A stretch of 64,000 nt of DNA from an uncultured Acidobacteriaceae bacterium (lineage in GTDB: Bacteria; Acidobacteriota; Terriglobia; Terriglobales; Acidobacteriaceae): positions 16,513-80,512 of the forward strand of contig CAVUQE010000013.1 in assembly GCA_963743365.1 (NCBI GenBank). Reading direction: 5' to 3'. The notes below the pieces were generated by a model. That model made no database searches. It was not told the origin of the DNA and saw only the letters and a list, made by a program, of their open reading frames with translations. The translations under genes and the position numbers were made by a program. How positions within the stretch are numbered: position 1 is the first letter of the stretch; each line of letters opens with the position of its first letter. Shown here piece after piece: positions 38,324 to 48,570 of this stretch.

Positions 38324-41300
38324 ATGAGGAAAAACGGAACGCCCGTGTTGCCCGCACAGGAAGAAGTCACCCCCCGCAGGTCAAAAACCAATGGGCATAA
38401 CGGCGCCGCTGCGCAATACGAGTCTTCGGAAATGGTTCTCATTCTGGAGAAAATGCAGGCCATGCGCGACGGAGATTTCTCAGTGCGCCTTCCCGGCTCA
38501 TGGACCGGGCTCAGCGGCAAGATGGCTGACACTTTCAATGAAATTGCCATGGCGAACCAGCGCATCGCCAAGGAACTGCGGCGCGTCGGCCAAGTGGTGG
38601 GGAAAAAGGGCAGGACCCGGGAGCGGGCCAGGTTTGACGAATCTCGGGGCGCCTGGGGGGAGATCGAGGATTCGGTCAACACCCTGGTAGAGGATCTGCT
38701 GCGACCGACCGCCGAAGTCACGCGCGCCATTGCAGCCGTGGCCGAGGGAAACCTGACCCAGACGGTAAGAATGGACGTGGATGGACGCCCGCTCGAGGGC
38801 GATTTTCTACGGTCCGCCAAAATCGTCAACACCATGATTCAGCAGCTCGGCGTATTTACGTCGGAAGTCACCCGTGTGGCGCGCGAAGTAGGCACCGACG
38901 GCAAGCTGGGCGGCCAGGCGCAAGTACCGGGGGTGGCGGGCACCTGGAAGGACCTCACCGACTCGGTCAACTCCATGGCCAGCAACCTCACCAGCCAGGT
39001 GCGCAACATCGCTGAAGTTGCCACCGCGGTGGCCAGCGGCGATCTCTCGCGCAAGATCACGGTGGACGTGCGCGGGGAGATTCTGCAGCTCAAAGAAGCC
39101 ATCAACACTATGGTCGACCAGCTGAGATCCTTCGCCTCGGAAGTCACGCGCGTGGCCCGCGAAGTCGGCACCGACGGCAAATTGGGCGGCCAGGCGGTCG
39201 TGCTCGGCGTGGCCGGTACATGGAAAGATCTGACTGACTCAGTCAACGCCATGGCCGGCAACTTGACCGCTCAGGTGCGCAACATCGCTGAGGTCACCAC
39301 GGCGGTAGCCCGGGGCGATTTGTCGCGCAAGATTACCGTCGACGTCAAGGGCGAGATCCTGGAACTGAAGAACACCATCAATACCATGGTGGATCAGCTG
39401 AATGCCTTTGCCGGCGAGGTGACGCGCGTAGCGCGTGAGGTCGGCACTGAAGGCAAACTCGGCGGCCAGGCCCAGGTCCCCGGAGTCGGCGGCACCTGGA
39501 AAGACCTTACCGACAACGTGAACTTCATGGCCAGCAACTTGACCGGCCAGGTGCGCAATATCGCAGAGGTCGCCACGGCGATCGCCAGCGGCGATCTCTC
39601 GCGCAAGATCACCGTCGACGTTCGCGGTGAGATTCTGCAGCTGAAGGAAACGCTGAACACCATGGTGGATCAGCTGAACCGTTTCGCGGGCGAAGTCACC
39701 CGCGTAGCGCGTGAGGTTGGGTCCGAAGGGCGGCTTGGCGGGCAGGCCAATGTGCCCGGTGTGGCTGGTACCTGGAAAGATCTGACCGACTCCGTCAACT
39801 CCATGGCCGGCAACCTGACCGCCCAGGTGCGCAACATTGCTGAGGTGACCACCGCCGTAGCCCGTGGCGATCTCTCGCGCAAGATCACGGTCGACGTGAA
39901 GGGCGAAATTCTGGAGCTGAAGGACACCATCAACACCATGGTGGATCAGCTCAATGCGTTTGCGGGCGAGGTTACGCGTGTCGCGCGTGAAGTCGGCACC
40001 GAAGGCAAACTCGGTGGTCAGGCGCAAGTCCCGGGCGTCGCCGGCACCTGGAAGGACCTTACCGACAACGTGAACTTCATGGCCAGCAACTTGACTGGCC
40101 AGGTTCGCAACATCGCCGAAGTGGCCACCGCCGTGGCGCGCGGCGACTTATCACGCAAGATTACGGTGGACGTGAAGGGCGAGATCCTGGAGCTGAAGGA
40201 CACCATCAACACCATGGTGGAGCAGTTGCGGTCCTTCGCATCGGAAGTTACCCGTGTCGCGAGAGAAGTGGGCACGGACGGAAAGCTGGGCGGCCAGGCG
40301 CAGGTTCCTGGAGTCGGCGGCACATGGAAAGATCTCACTGACTCAGTAAACTCAATGGCCAGCAATCTAACCGGCCAGGTGCGCAACATTGCCGAAGTAG
40401 CCACGGCGATCGCCAGCGGCGATCTATCAAAGAAAATTACCGTCAACGTTAGCGGCGAAATTCTCCTGCTTAAAGACACCATCAACACCATGGTGGACCA
40501 GCTCAACGCGTTTGCCGGCGAGGTAACGCGTGTGGCTCGCGAAGTCGGATCGGAGGGCCGGTTAGGCGGACAGGCCAACGTTCCTGGCGTGGCCGGCACA
40601 TGGAAAGACCTCACCGACTCGGTGAATTCCATGGCCGGAAATCTCACAGCGCAGGTCCGCAACATTGCCGAGGTGACCACCGCCGTTGCCCGCGGCGATC
40701 TCTCGCGCAAGATCACCGTCGACGTCAAGGGCGAGATTCTCGAATTGAAAAACACGATCAACACCATGGTTGATCAACTCAATGCCTTTGCGGCAGAGGT
40801 AACGCGCGTGGCCCGCGAGGTAGGGACGGATGGAAAGCTGGGCGGCCAGGCGCAGGTACCAGGCGTCGCGGGTACCTGGAAAGATCTCACCGACAACGTC
40901 AACGTCATGGCTGCCAACCTGACCGAGCAGGTGCGCGGCATCGTTAAAGTAGTCACCGCGGTTGCAAATGGCGCCCTGACCCAAAAACTGACCGTGAACG
41001 CCAAAGGCGAAGTCGCGGCGCTGGCCGAAACCATCAACAATATGACAGATACGCTGGCCACCTTCGCCGATCAGGTAACAACCGTTGCGCGTGAAGTGGG
41101 CGTCGAAGGCCGCTTGGGCGGCCAGGCCAATGTGCCCGGAGCGGCCGGCACATGGAAGGATTTGACCGGCAATGTGAACCTTCTGGCCGACAACCTCACC
41201 AACCAGGTGCGCGCCATCGCCGAAGTAGCCACCGCCGTCACGCAAGGCGACCTCACCCGTTCCATTCAGGTAGAAGCCAGGGGCGAAGTGGCGGAACTGA

Positions 41301-44092
41301 AAGACAACATCAACACCATGATCAATAACCTCCGGCTGACGACGGAGCGGAACACCGAGGAAGACTGGCTCAAGACAAACCTGGCGCGGTTCACGGGCAT
41401 GCTGCAGGGCCAGCGCGACCTGACAACCGTGGGCAAAACTCTGCTCTCGGAACTGGCTCCGCTGGTGAATGCTCACCAGGCCGTCATCTACCAGATGGAA
41501 ACCGAGGACGAGAAGAAATTGGTGCTGCTCTCCGCCTACGCAGGGGACCGGCCGGACGGCCATCTGCGACGAGTGGATCCAGGAGAGGGGCTGGTAGGCC
41601 AATGCGCGGTAGAAAAACGACGCATCCTGATAAGAGATCTGGGAGAGAGCCAGGTGACCATTCGCTCCGGACTCTTTGAGGCTGTACCGCGCAACGTGAT
41701 CGTCTTACCGGTGTTATTCGAAGATCGCGTCAAGGCGGTGATTGAGCTCGCGTCTTTGGGGGTCTTTACTGCTTCGCATCTGGCATTTCTCGAACAGTTA
41801 ACCGCCAGCATCGGCATCGTGCTGAACAGCATCGAGGCCACCATGCAAACCGAAGGCCTGTTGAAGCAGTCGCAGCAGTTGGCGACCGAACTGCAGATGC
41901 AGCAAAAAGAGCTGCAACAGAAAAACGAGCAGCTGGCGCAGAAAGCCCAGCAGCTTGCTGAGCAGAACGCCGAAGTGGAGCGCAAAAATCAGGAAATTGA
42001 GCAGGCCCGGCGCGAACTCGAAGGGAAGGCCAAGGAACTGGCGCTCACTTCCAAGTACAAGTCCGAGTTTCTGGCCAATATGTCGCACGAACTGCGGACG
42101 CCTCTCAACAGCATTCTGGTTCTAGGCCAGCAGCTGGGCGACAATCCGGACGGAAATCTGACCGCCAAACAGGTCGAGTTTGCGCGCACAATCCACGGAG
42201 CTGGTACGGACCTGTTAAATCTGATCAGCGACATCCTGGACCTTTCCAAGATCGAATCCGGAACGGTCTCGGTCGAGGCGGAAGAAGTATTCTTCGCCAG
42301 CCTTCTCGACATGATCGGACGTCCGTTCCGTCATGAAGCGGAAAATCGGCGTCTCGAATTTGAGCTGCTCACCGATCCGCGCCTCAACCGGAGCCTCATC
42401 ACCGATTCAAAACGTCTGCAGCAGGTACTCAAGAACCTGCTGTCGAATGCTTTCAAGTTTACTGAGAAGGGCGGCGTGCGCCTCTCTGTCTTGGTGGCTG
42501 AGGAAGGATGGAGCAATGATCATCCCATCCTGAGCCGGGCGACCGCCGTGGTCGCTTTTGAAGTCGCCGATACCGGCATCGGCATTCCGCAGGAGAAGCA
42601 ACGCATCATCTTCGAGGCCTTCCAGCAGGCGGATGCAGGAACCAGCCGCAAGTACGGTGGCACAGGGCTGGGACTGGCCATTAGCCGCGAACTCGCCGGT
42701 CTGCTCGGCGGAGAGATTCAATTGCGCAGCACGCCCAACCGGGGTAGCACGTTTACTCTTTACCTGCCCCAGGTCTACAGCGGTCCATCTGCCCTGCCAG
42801 CGAAATATCCAGAGGGGCAGAACTCGGTAACGAATCACCCGGTTGAGCTCTTAAAGACAGTGCTGGCTGAGCTTCCGGCGGAAGTGATTCCGGACGACCG
42901 CGAGAATCTACAGCCTGACGATACCGCGCTGTTGATTGTCGAGGATGATCCGCACTACGCCCGCATTCTGCGCGATCTCTCGCGGGAAAAGGGGTTCAAG
43001 GTCCTGCTTGCGACCCGGGGCGCCGAAGCTCTCGCCTTGGCGCGCGAATTTCATCCCACCGCCGTGTCCCTGGATGTATTTCTCCCCGACATGCTTGGCT
43101 GGACCGTCCTTAACCACTTGAAACAGGATCCGGCAACGCGCCACATCCCGGTACAGATGTTGACTCTCGATGAGGACAAGGGCCACGGATTGGCGCGGGG
43201 AGCCTTTGCGTTCATTACCAAGCCTGTGACACCCGAAGGTCTGGATGCCGCGATTACGCGTATTAAGGATTACTCGGCGCCGCGCCGGAAACGCCTGCTT
43301 GTGGTGGAGGATAATCCCGCTGAGCAGTTGAGCATCCGCGAGTTGTTGGGAGATGAAGACATCGACGTCGTCGTCGCCACCACCGGCAGCGAAGCCCTCG
43401 CGGCAATCCAGGTGGAACCGTACGATTGCGTAGTGCTCGATCTCCGTCTTCCGGATATGTCCGGATTCGAGGTGCTGGAGCGGCTGCGCGACACATCCGG
43501 GCTGAGCGATATGCCGATCGTGGTCTTCACTGGCAAGGAGCTCTCATCAGAAGAGGACACCCGCCTTCATGAATTGGCCCGTAGCGTCGTAGTGAAAGGA
43601 GTCGAATCCCCAGAGCGGCTGCTGGATGAGACGGCGCTATTCCTCCACCGCGTGATTGCCGACCTTCCTTCCCAGAAACAAAGTATGCTCGATCGTCTGC
43701 ATCGTTCCGACGATGCTCTGGTAGGAAAGAAAGTGCTGGTTGTGGATGATGACGTGCGCAACATATTTGCGCTGAGCAGCGTTCTGGAACGCCGCGGAAT
43801 GACGGTACTGACAGCCGGCACCGGCAAGGCCGCTATCGCAACCCTGGAATCAGTTCCGGACATGTCGATTGTGCTGATGGATATTATGATGCCTGAAATG
43901 GATGGCTACGAGACGATGCAGGTGATCCGGCAGAATGCTCTGTTCCGCCGATTGCCCATCATTGCTCTCACCGCCAAGGCGATGAAAGGGGATCGGGAGA
44001 AGTGCCTGGAGGCAGGCGCGTCTGAGTATCTGGCGAAACCGGTAAACACCGAGCAATTGCTGTCAACGCTTCGCATGTGGCTTCATCGATAA
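38324..44092 (+). CDS. soluble hybrid sensor histidine kinase: poly-HAMP array, GAF, HisKA, HATPase, then three receiver domains
   Basis: 1922-aa ORF with no hydrophobic segment at the N-terminus. It has about 10 units of 92 aa, a GAF-like region, H-box [11 protein letters not shown]-box [10 protein letters not shown], and three REC domains (LLIVEDD..., LLVVEDN..., VLVVDDD...). Confidence 0.95.
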   Translation: MRKNGTPVLPAQEEVTPRRSKTNGHNGAAAQYESSEMVLILEKMQAMRDGDFSVRLPGSWTGLSGKMADTFNEIAMANQRIAKELRRVGQVVGKKGRTRERARFDESRGAWGEIEDSVNTLVEDLLRPTAEVTRAIAAVAEGNLTQTVRMDVDGRPLEGDFLRSAKIVNTMIQQLGVFTSEVTRVAREVGTDGKLGGQAQVPGVAGTWKDLTDSVNSMASNLTSQVRNIAEVATAVASGDLSRKITVDVRGEILQLKEAINTMVDQLRSFASEVTRVAREVGTDGKLGGQAVVLGVAGTWKDLTDSVNAMAGNLTAQVRNIAEVTTAVARGDLSRKITVDVKGEILELKNTINTMVDQLNAFAGEVTRVAREVGTEGKLGGQAQVPGVGGTWKDLTDNVNFMASNLTGQVRNIAEVATAIASGDLSRKITVDVRGEILQLKETLNTMVDQLNRFAGEVTRVAREVGSEGRLGGQANVPGVAGTWKDLTDSVNSMAGNLTAQVRNIAEVTTAVARGDLSRKITVDVKGEILELKDTINTMVDQLNAFAGEVTRVAREVGTEGKLGGQAQVPGVAGTWKDLTDNVNFMASNLTGQVRNIAEVATAVARGDLSRKITVDVKGEILELKDTINTMVEQLRSFASEVTRVAREVGTDGKLGGQAQVPGVGGTWKDLTDSVNSMASNLTGQVRNIAEVATAIASGDLSKKITVNVSGEILLLKDTINTMVDQLNAFAGEVTRVAREVGSEGRLGGQANVPGVAGTWKDLTDSVNSMAGNLTAQVRNIAEVTTAVARGDLSRKITVDVKGEILELKNTINTMVDQLNAFAAEVTRVAREVGTDGKLGGQAQVPGVAGTWKDLTDNVNVMAANLTEQVRGIVKVVTAVANGALTQKLTVNAKGEVAALAETINNMTDTLATFADQVTTVAREVGVEGRLGGQANVPGAAGTWKDLTGNVNLLADNLTNQVRAIAEVATAVTQGDLTRSIQVEARGEVAELKDNINTMINNLRLTTERNTEEDWLKTNLARFTGMLQGQRDLTTVGKTLLSELAPLVNAHQAVIYQMETEDEKKLVLLSAYAGDRPDGHLRRVDPGEGLVGQCAVEKRRILIRDLGESQVTIRSGLFEAVPRNVIVLPVLFEDRVKAVIELASLGVFTASHLAFLEQLTASIGIVLNSIEATMQTEGLLKQSQQLATELQMQQKELQQKNEQLAQKAQQLAEQNAEVERKNQEIEQARRELEGKAKELALTSKYKSEFLANMSHELRTPLNSILVLGQQLGDNPDGNLTAKQVEFARTIHGAGTDLLNLISDILDLSKIESGTVSVEAEEVFFASLLDMIGRPFRHEAENRRLEFELLTDPRLNRSLITDSKRLQQVLKNLLSNAFKFTEKGGVRLSVLVAEEGWSNDHPILSRATAVVAFEVADTGIGIPQEKQRIIFEAFQQADAGTSRKYGGTGLGLAISRELAGLLGGEIQLRSTPNRGSTFTLYLPQVYSGPSALPAKYPEGQNSVTNHPVELLKTVLAELPAEVIPDDRENLQPDDTALLIVEDDPHYARILRDLSREKGFKVLLATRGAEALALAREFHPTAVSLDVFLPDMLGWTVLNHLKQDPATRHIPVQMLTLDEDKGHGLARGAFAFITKPVTPEGLDAAITRIKDYSAPRRKRLLVVEDNPAEQLSIRELLGDEDIDVVVATTGSEALAAIQVEPYDCVVLDLRLPDMSGFEVLERLRDTSGLSDMPIVVFTGKELSSEEDTRLHELARSVVVKGVESPERLLDETALFLHRVIADLPSQKQSMLDRLHRSDDALVGKKVLVVDDDVRNIFALSSVLERRGMTVLTAGTGKAAIATLESVPDMSIVLMDIMMPEMDGYETMQVIRQNALFRRLPIIALTAKAMKGDREKCLEAGASEYLAKPVNTEQLLSTLRMWLHR
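38579..41338 (+). repeat. in-frame tandem repeat, period 276 bp (92 aa), about 10 units
   Basis: Unit boundaries at 38855, 39131, 39407, 39683, 39959, 40235, 40511, 40787 and 41063, each starting F(A/T)(S/G/A)[11 protein letters not shown] more divergent leading unit starts at about 38579. Confidence 0.85.
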
Positions 44093-44129
44093 CGCACGCA
44101 TCCAGTAACCTACGCAAAGGGCCGGAAAG

Positions 44130-46136
44130 ATGAACACAACTGAGAGCGTCAACATCCTGATGGTCGATGACCAGCCCGGCAAGCTGCTCACCTACCAGGC
44201 GATATTGCAGGATCTGGGAGAAAACCTGATCTCCGCCACGTCGGGGAGAGAGGCCCTGGAACACCTCCTCAGCCAGGATGTTGCCGTCATTTTGATGGAT
44301 GTGAGTATGCCCGAACTCGACGGTTTCGAGTTAGCGGACATGATTCGCCAGCATCCGCGCTTTCAAAAGACAGCCATCATTTTCATTTCCGCGGTCCATC
44401 TCACGGATATCGATCGCATGAAGGGATACCAGCGCGGGGCGATGGATTACATCTCCGTTCCCGTCGTCCCCGAGCTCTTGCGGGCCAAGGTCAGCGTATT
44501 TGCCGACTTGTACCGAAAGACGCGGGAATTGGAACTGCTGAACAGCGAGCTGGAAAAGCGTGTGCTGGCGCGTACGGAACAGTTGCGGGAAAGCGAAGAG
44601 CAGGTGCGCAGGCTCAACGTGCAGTTACAGCAGCGCGTGGTGGAACTGGAAACGATCATGAAAGTTCTGCCTGTCGGCGTTTCTATCGCCCATGATCCGC
44701 ATTGCCGTTTCGTCACCGGGAATGCAGCGCTCAAGGAGCTGCTTGGACTGGAGCACCGGGAAAACCTCTCTCCCCAGAGCTACGAAAATAGCGACGCAAG
44801 CTATGAAATTTACCACAACGGTGAGCGTCTTACGTTTGACGAGCTGCCCCTGCAGCGGGCCGCGGCGACGGGTAAGCCGGTGGGCAGGATCGAGCTCGAA
44901 ATCCACTCCAGAAGCGGCAATGTGCTGCAAACCCTGATGAGCGCGAACCCGCTGTTCTATGATTCAGGGAACGTGCGCGGAGCGGTCGGAGCGCTCATCG
45001 ATGTAACCGAGCCAAAGCGCATGGAGCAGATATTGAGGCAGCGTGCGGACCTGCTGGATCTCGCTTCGGAAGCGATCATGGTGCGCGACCTGGACGGCAC
45101 CGTTCAGTTCTGGAATTCGGGAGCGGCTGCGCTGTACGGCTGGACTGCGGATGAGGCTCGAGGCAAGAAACTTCACCAACTGCTGAATACGCAATTTCCC
45201 GTGCCCAATGACGAAATAGAATCCTCAATCTCTGAGGGAAAACGATGGGAAGGCAATCTGATCCAACACACCAAAGACGGGCGCGAGATCGTCGTGGCAT
45301 GCAGAAAAATTCTGCAGCATGATGGAACGAAACCACGCGTCGTGCTGGAGATCTGTCGGGATATCACCGCGAGATTGCAGGCCGAGGAAGCGCTGCGCAA
45401 TTCAGAGAGACTCGCGGCTATGGGGAGAATGGCGGGTATTGTTGCCCACGAGATCAACAACCCGCTGGAGTCGATCCTTAACCTCTTCTATTTGATCCAG
45501 AGACACCCGTCTCTGGATGCGGAGGCGAAACACTATACCAAAATGGCGGAACAGGAACTGTTACGTGTTTCCCACATTACCAAGCAGACGCTGAGTTTTT
45601 ATCGTGAATCCGCGGAGGCCATTGCTGTCTCCATTCCGGGCTTGCTGGACGACATTCTGGAACTTCAATCGCGTCAATTGCAGGCCAACCGAATCGTCGT
45701 CGAACGGCGTTACGGCAGCGGCGACGTGGTGCAGGGATTCCCGATGGAATTGAAGCAGGTATTCCTCAATCTCATCGGCAACGCAATTCAGGCGATGCCA
45801 CAAGGCGGACGCTTGCGCGTACACATACAGCCGTCCTATCGCGCGGCGACCCAAGCAGCAGGTCTTCGCATCTCCATACTGGATACTGGCTCAGGCATAA
45901 AGCCTGAAGACGCGAAGAGACTCTTTGAGCCATTCTTTACCACCAAATCTACCAAGGGGACCGGCTTAGGCCTTTGGATCTGCAAAGGGATCGTGGAAAA
46001 GTACGACGGCACCATCGACTTCCGCAGTAGCGGCCATCCCGGCAGAAACGTGACCTGCTTCTCGGTTTTCATTCCAGCTTCGATTCCTGTCGAAAAGCGT
46101 TTGCCCCAGTTGACGAACATCGGAGCCGAGAGCTAA
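44130..46136 (+). CDS. response-regulator receiver fused to PAS domains and a histidine kinase
   Basis: 668-aa ORF with an N-terminal REC domain (ILMVDDQP...ILMDVSMPELDG), a coiled coil, two PAS-like regions, H-box AHEINNPL and G-box GTGLGLWIC. Confidence 0.9.
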   Translation: MNTTESVNILMVDDQPGKLLTYQAILQDLGENLISATSGREALEHLLSQDVAVILMDVSMPELDGFELADMIRQHPRFQKTAIIFISAVHLTDIDRMKGYQRGAMDYISVPVVPELLRAKVSVFADLYRKTRELELLNSELEKRVLARTEQLRESEEQVRRLNVQLQQRVVELETIMKVLPVGVSIAHDPHCRFVTGNAALKELLGLEHRENLSPQSYENSDASYEIYHNGERLTFDELPLQRAAATGKPVGRIELEIHSRSGNVLQTLMSANPLFYDSGNVRGAVGALIDVTEPKRMEQILRQRADLLDLASEAIMVRDLDGTVQFWNSGAAALYGWTADEARGKKLHQLLNTQFPVPNDEIESSISEGKRWEGNLIQHTKDGREIVVACRKILQHDGTKPRVVLEICRDITARLQAEEALRNSERLAAMGRMAGIVAHEINNPLESILNLFYLIQRHPSLDAEAKHYTKMAEQELLRVSHITKQTLSFYRESAEAIAVSIPGLLDDILELQSRQLQANRIVVERRYGSGDVVQGFPMELKQVFLNLIGNAIQAMPQGGRLRVHIQPSYRAATQAAGLRISILDTGSGIKPEDAKRLFEPFFTTKSTKGTGLGLWICKGIVEKYDGTIDFRSSGHPGRNVTCFSVFIPASIPVEKRLPQLTNIGAES

Positions 46137-46299
46137 AGCATCATCCCCCAACGGCTAAAGTTCTGGCAAAACCCAATAAGAACTGGACCGGTGCCCCACG
46201 TTCGCCTCAGCGTACGTGGGCCGAAAAAGACGGGCGAGGCTCACCATAGCTTTTTGCGAATCGGTCAGAAATATCAATCGAAACATATCTCTCGTGGCG

Positions 46300-48570
46300 T
46301 TAGTCCTCCTTAGGCAAAGCAAACGCGATGTAAGACCGATGCACCGGCTGAGCCGTTTGCTGCTCGGGCCCGTCCCTTGGTATATCCGTCTGCTTCGCCG
46401 ACGCGGCACAGAGAACGATATACTCGCGCCCGTCTATTTCATAGATTGCGGGAACACCTTCAGAAGCAGCGGGAAGGTCCGTTTCCCAAAGCACCTTGCC
46501 GTTCTCCTCGTCGTAGGCGCGGAGCTTGCCCTCATCCTTCGTGGCGATGAAGACCAGGCCGCTCGCGGTCACTACAGGTCCATTTCTGGACATCATGATG
46601 CCGGTGTCTTTGAGATTTTCCTTTTCGCCCTGGGGAGCGTTTCCCAGCGGCACCTGCCACTTGATTACGCCGCGGTTCAGGTCGTAAGCCGTAATGACTG
46701 ACCATGGAGGACGGATGATCGAAGGCTGCAGACCGTAACCAGACCAGTAGCGAACCGGCTCGGATGCGCCGCTGGTGGGAGCGGGCGGTGGTTCCGGGCG
46801 GGAAGCAATAGGCTCAGGCGCACTCGCAGGATTGCCGAGATACAAGAGAAGATTGTTCAGCAGCCGATCGGTGAGATCGGGAAAAGCGGGCATGTCGTTG
46901 AGGCCGTAATTCACCACGCTCTTGATCGTCTCCGCGCCAAAGGTGGAAGGAGCATTCACCAGCGAGGGAATCGCCGGCGGTGCGCCTGCGCGTTCGGGAC
47001 CATGACACCGCTCACAATAAAAATGGTAAACGGCTTTGCCTTGTACCGCCGGAGCAGCCTGGCTCGGAATTTGCCAAAGGGAGGGCGGCTCGCTGTGCTC
47101 ATTCTTGAGGATGGCCGGAATATCCATGGACACGACGTACATGGTTCCGTTGCTGGGGTCGGCCGCCGTCATGCCCCAATTGACACCGCCATGGTTACCG
47201 GGCATCTCGACCGTGTCCGTGAGCCCAGGAGGTGTGAACAAGCCATGGTTGGCCGCGTTCTCCACCACCTTTTTCCAGCGTGCTCGGTCCGGCGGGCTCA
47301 GGATGTAAGGGTTCAGATCGGCCACGGTAAAGGTCTGGCGGGCGAAGGGCGGTGGGGCGGTGGGAAAGGGCTGCGTGGGAGAAGCCTCCTCATCGGGCAT
47401 GTTGGATGCGGGCACGGCCCGCTCCTCGATGGGCCAGACCGGCTTGCCCGTAGTCCGGTTGAAGACGTAAACAAAACCTTGCTTGGACGCCTGGGCCACG
47501 ATAGGGATCTCTTTCCCTTGTTGCTGTACGGTCAGCAGTTGCGGAGCGGCCATCGCGTCGTAGTCCCACAGGTCATGATGGATGAGCTGGTAGTACCAGA
47601 CCAGCTTTCCCGTGTGGGCGTTGAGCGCCAGCAATGAGTCCGCGAATAAGTTGTTCCCCTTGCGATCGGCGCCGTAGAAGTCATAGACCGGAGCTCCGGT
47701 AGGGACGTAGACGATTCCCGCTTTTTCGTCGAGGCTCATTTCGCCCCAGCAATTGACGCCGCCGGCCGATTTCCATGCGTCTTTGGGCCAGGTTTCGTAA
47801 CCGGGTTCTCCAGGATGGGGGATGGTGTGAAAGATCCACGCCATGCGCCCACTGCGCACGTCATAGGCGCGAATATCGCCCGGAGGTGAACCATAGTCCT
47901 CTCCGGTAGATGAACCGAGAATGATCAGATCCTCAAAGACGACTCCCGGAGTGCCGGATTGAATCTGGCGCATGGAGCGCGCATCCCGTCCCAGCCCTTC
48001 TTTCAGATTGACCGTGCCGCCATTGCCGAAAGAGGTAATTAATTGGCCGTTGGCCGCGTTGATCGCTTCCAGGTTGTTGGCAAAGGAGATCAGCAGACGC
48101 CGATCGGAGCCGTCGCTGCTCTGCCAATAGTTAATGCCGCGATGAGCTTCCATGCGCGGCCCCAAATTGCGCGAGCGATAAGTCCACAATTCTTTCCCGG
48201 AAACCGCGTCGAGAGCAACGATCGAGGTATTTTTCGCCAGGACGTACATGGTCCGGCCGACAATGATGGGATTGAACGCGTAGGGCCCGGCTCCGCTGTC
48301 GTAGGACCAGGCCACCTGCAATCGGTTCACATTCGACCGGTCAATCTGCTGCAGGGCGGAGTAGTGAGAACCATCCGCGTTGCCCAGGTAAGTGCTCCAC
48401 GTGGTGTGACTCTTTGCGTCCTGCCTCGGGCTGGCCAAGGCCATCAGGCCAAAGAGGACAACCGTGACGGTTGCAATTAAGCCAGGACTCCCGCGACGCC
48501 AGGCATGCAGGCGAAAAAACAGGAAGGCTTCTCCCCCGGTTCTAGACCTTGAACGGACCATAAAAGACAA
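46300..48570 (-). CDS. PQQ-dependent dehydrogenase-like beta-propeller with an embedded c-type cytochrome motif
   Basis: 756-aa ORF with a signal anchor, quinoprotein-type W-rich propeller blades and CERCHG (CxxCH) in the C-terminal third. The exact start is uncertain because it overlaps the upstream gene end. Confidence 0.8.
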   Translation of the reverse strand: MSFMVRSRSRTGGEAFLFFRLHAWRRGSPGLIATVTVVLFGLMALASPRQDAKSHTTWSTYLGNADGSHYSALQQIDRSNVNRLQVAWSYDSGAGPYAFNPIIVGRTMYVLAKNTSIVALDAVSGKELWTYRSRNLGPRMEAHRGINYWQSSDGSDRRLLISFANNLEAINAANGQLITSFGNGGTVNLKEGLGRDARSMRQIQSGTPGVVFEDLIILGSSTGEDYGSPPGDIRAYDVRSGRMAWIFHTIPHPGEPGYETWPKDAWKSAGGVNCWGEMSLDEKAGIVYVPTGAPVYDFYGADRKGNNLFADSLLALNAHTGKLVWYYQLIHHDLWDYDAMAAPQLLTVQQQGKEIPIVAQASKQGFVYVFNRTTGKPVWPIEERAVPASNMPDEEASPTQPFPTAPPPFARQTFTVADLNPYILSPPDRARWKKVVENAANHGLFTPPGLTDTVEMPGNHGGVNWGMTAADPSNGTMYVVSMDIPAILKNEHSEPPSLWQIPSQAAPAVQGKAVYHFYCERCHGPERAGAPPAIPSLVNAPSTFGAETIKSVVNYGLNDMPAFPDLTDRLLNNLLLYLGNPASAPEPIASRPEPPPAPTSGASEPVRYWSGYGLQPSIIRPPWSVITAYDLNRGVIKWQVPLGNAPQGEKENLKDTGIMMSRNGPVVTASGLVFIATKDEGKLRAYDEENGKVLWETDLPAASEGVPAIYEIDGREYIVLCAASAKQTDIPRDGPEQQTAQPVHRSYIAFALPKED

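Noticed and set aside
38579-41338. Regular 276-bp periodic repeats, considered as a possible CRISPR or satellite array.
   Set aside because: The period is far too long and has no repeat/spacer alternation. The repeats are in frame within one ORF and encode HAMP-like units.
39239-41602. Long antisense ORFs (39239-40027, 40018-40767 and 40562-41602, minus strand) opposite the kinase gene.
   Set aside because: Their products are repetitive and Arg/Gly/His-rich with no motifs. They mirror the sense-strand repeat and are a GC-rich antisense artefact.
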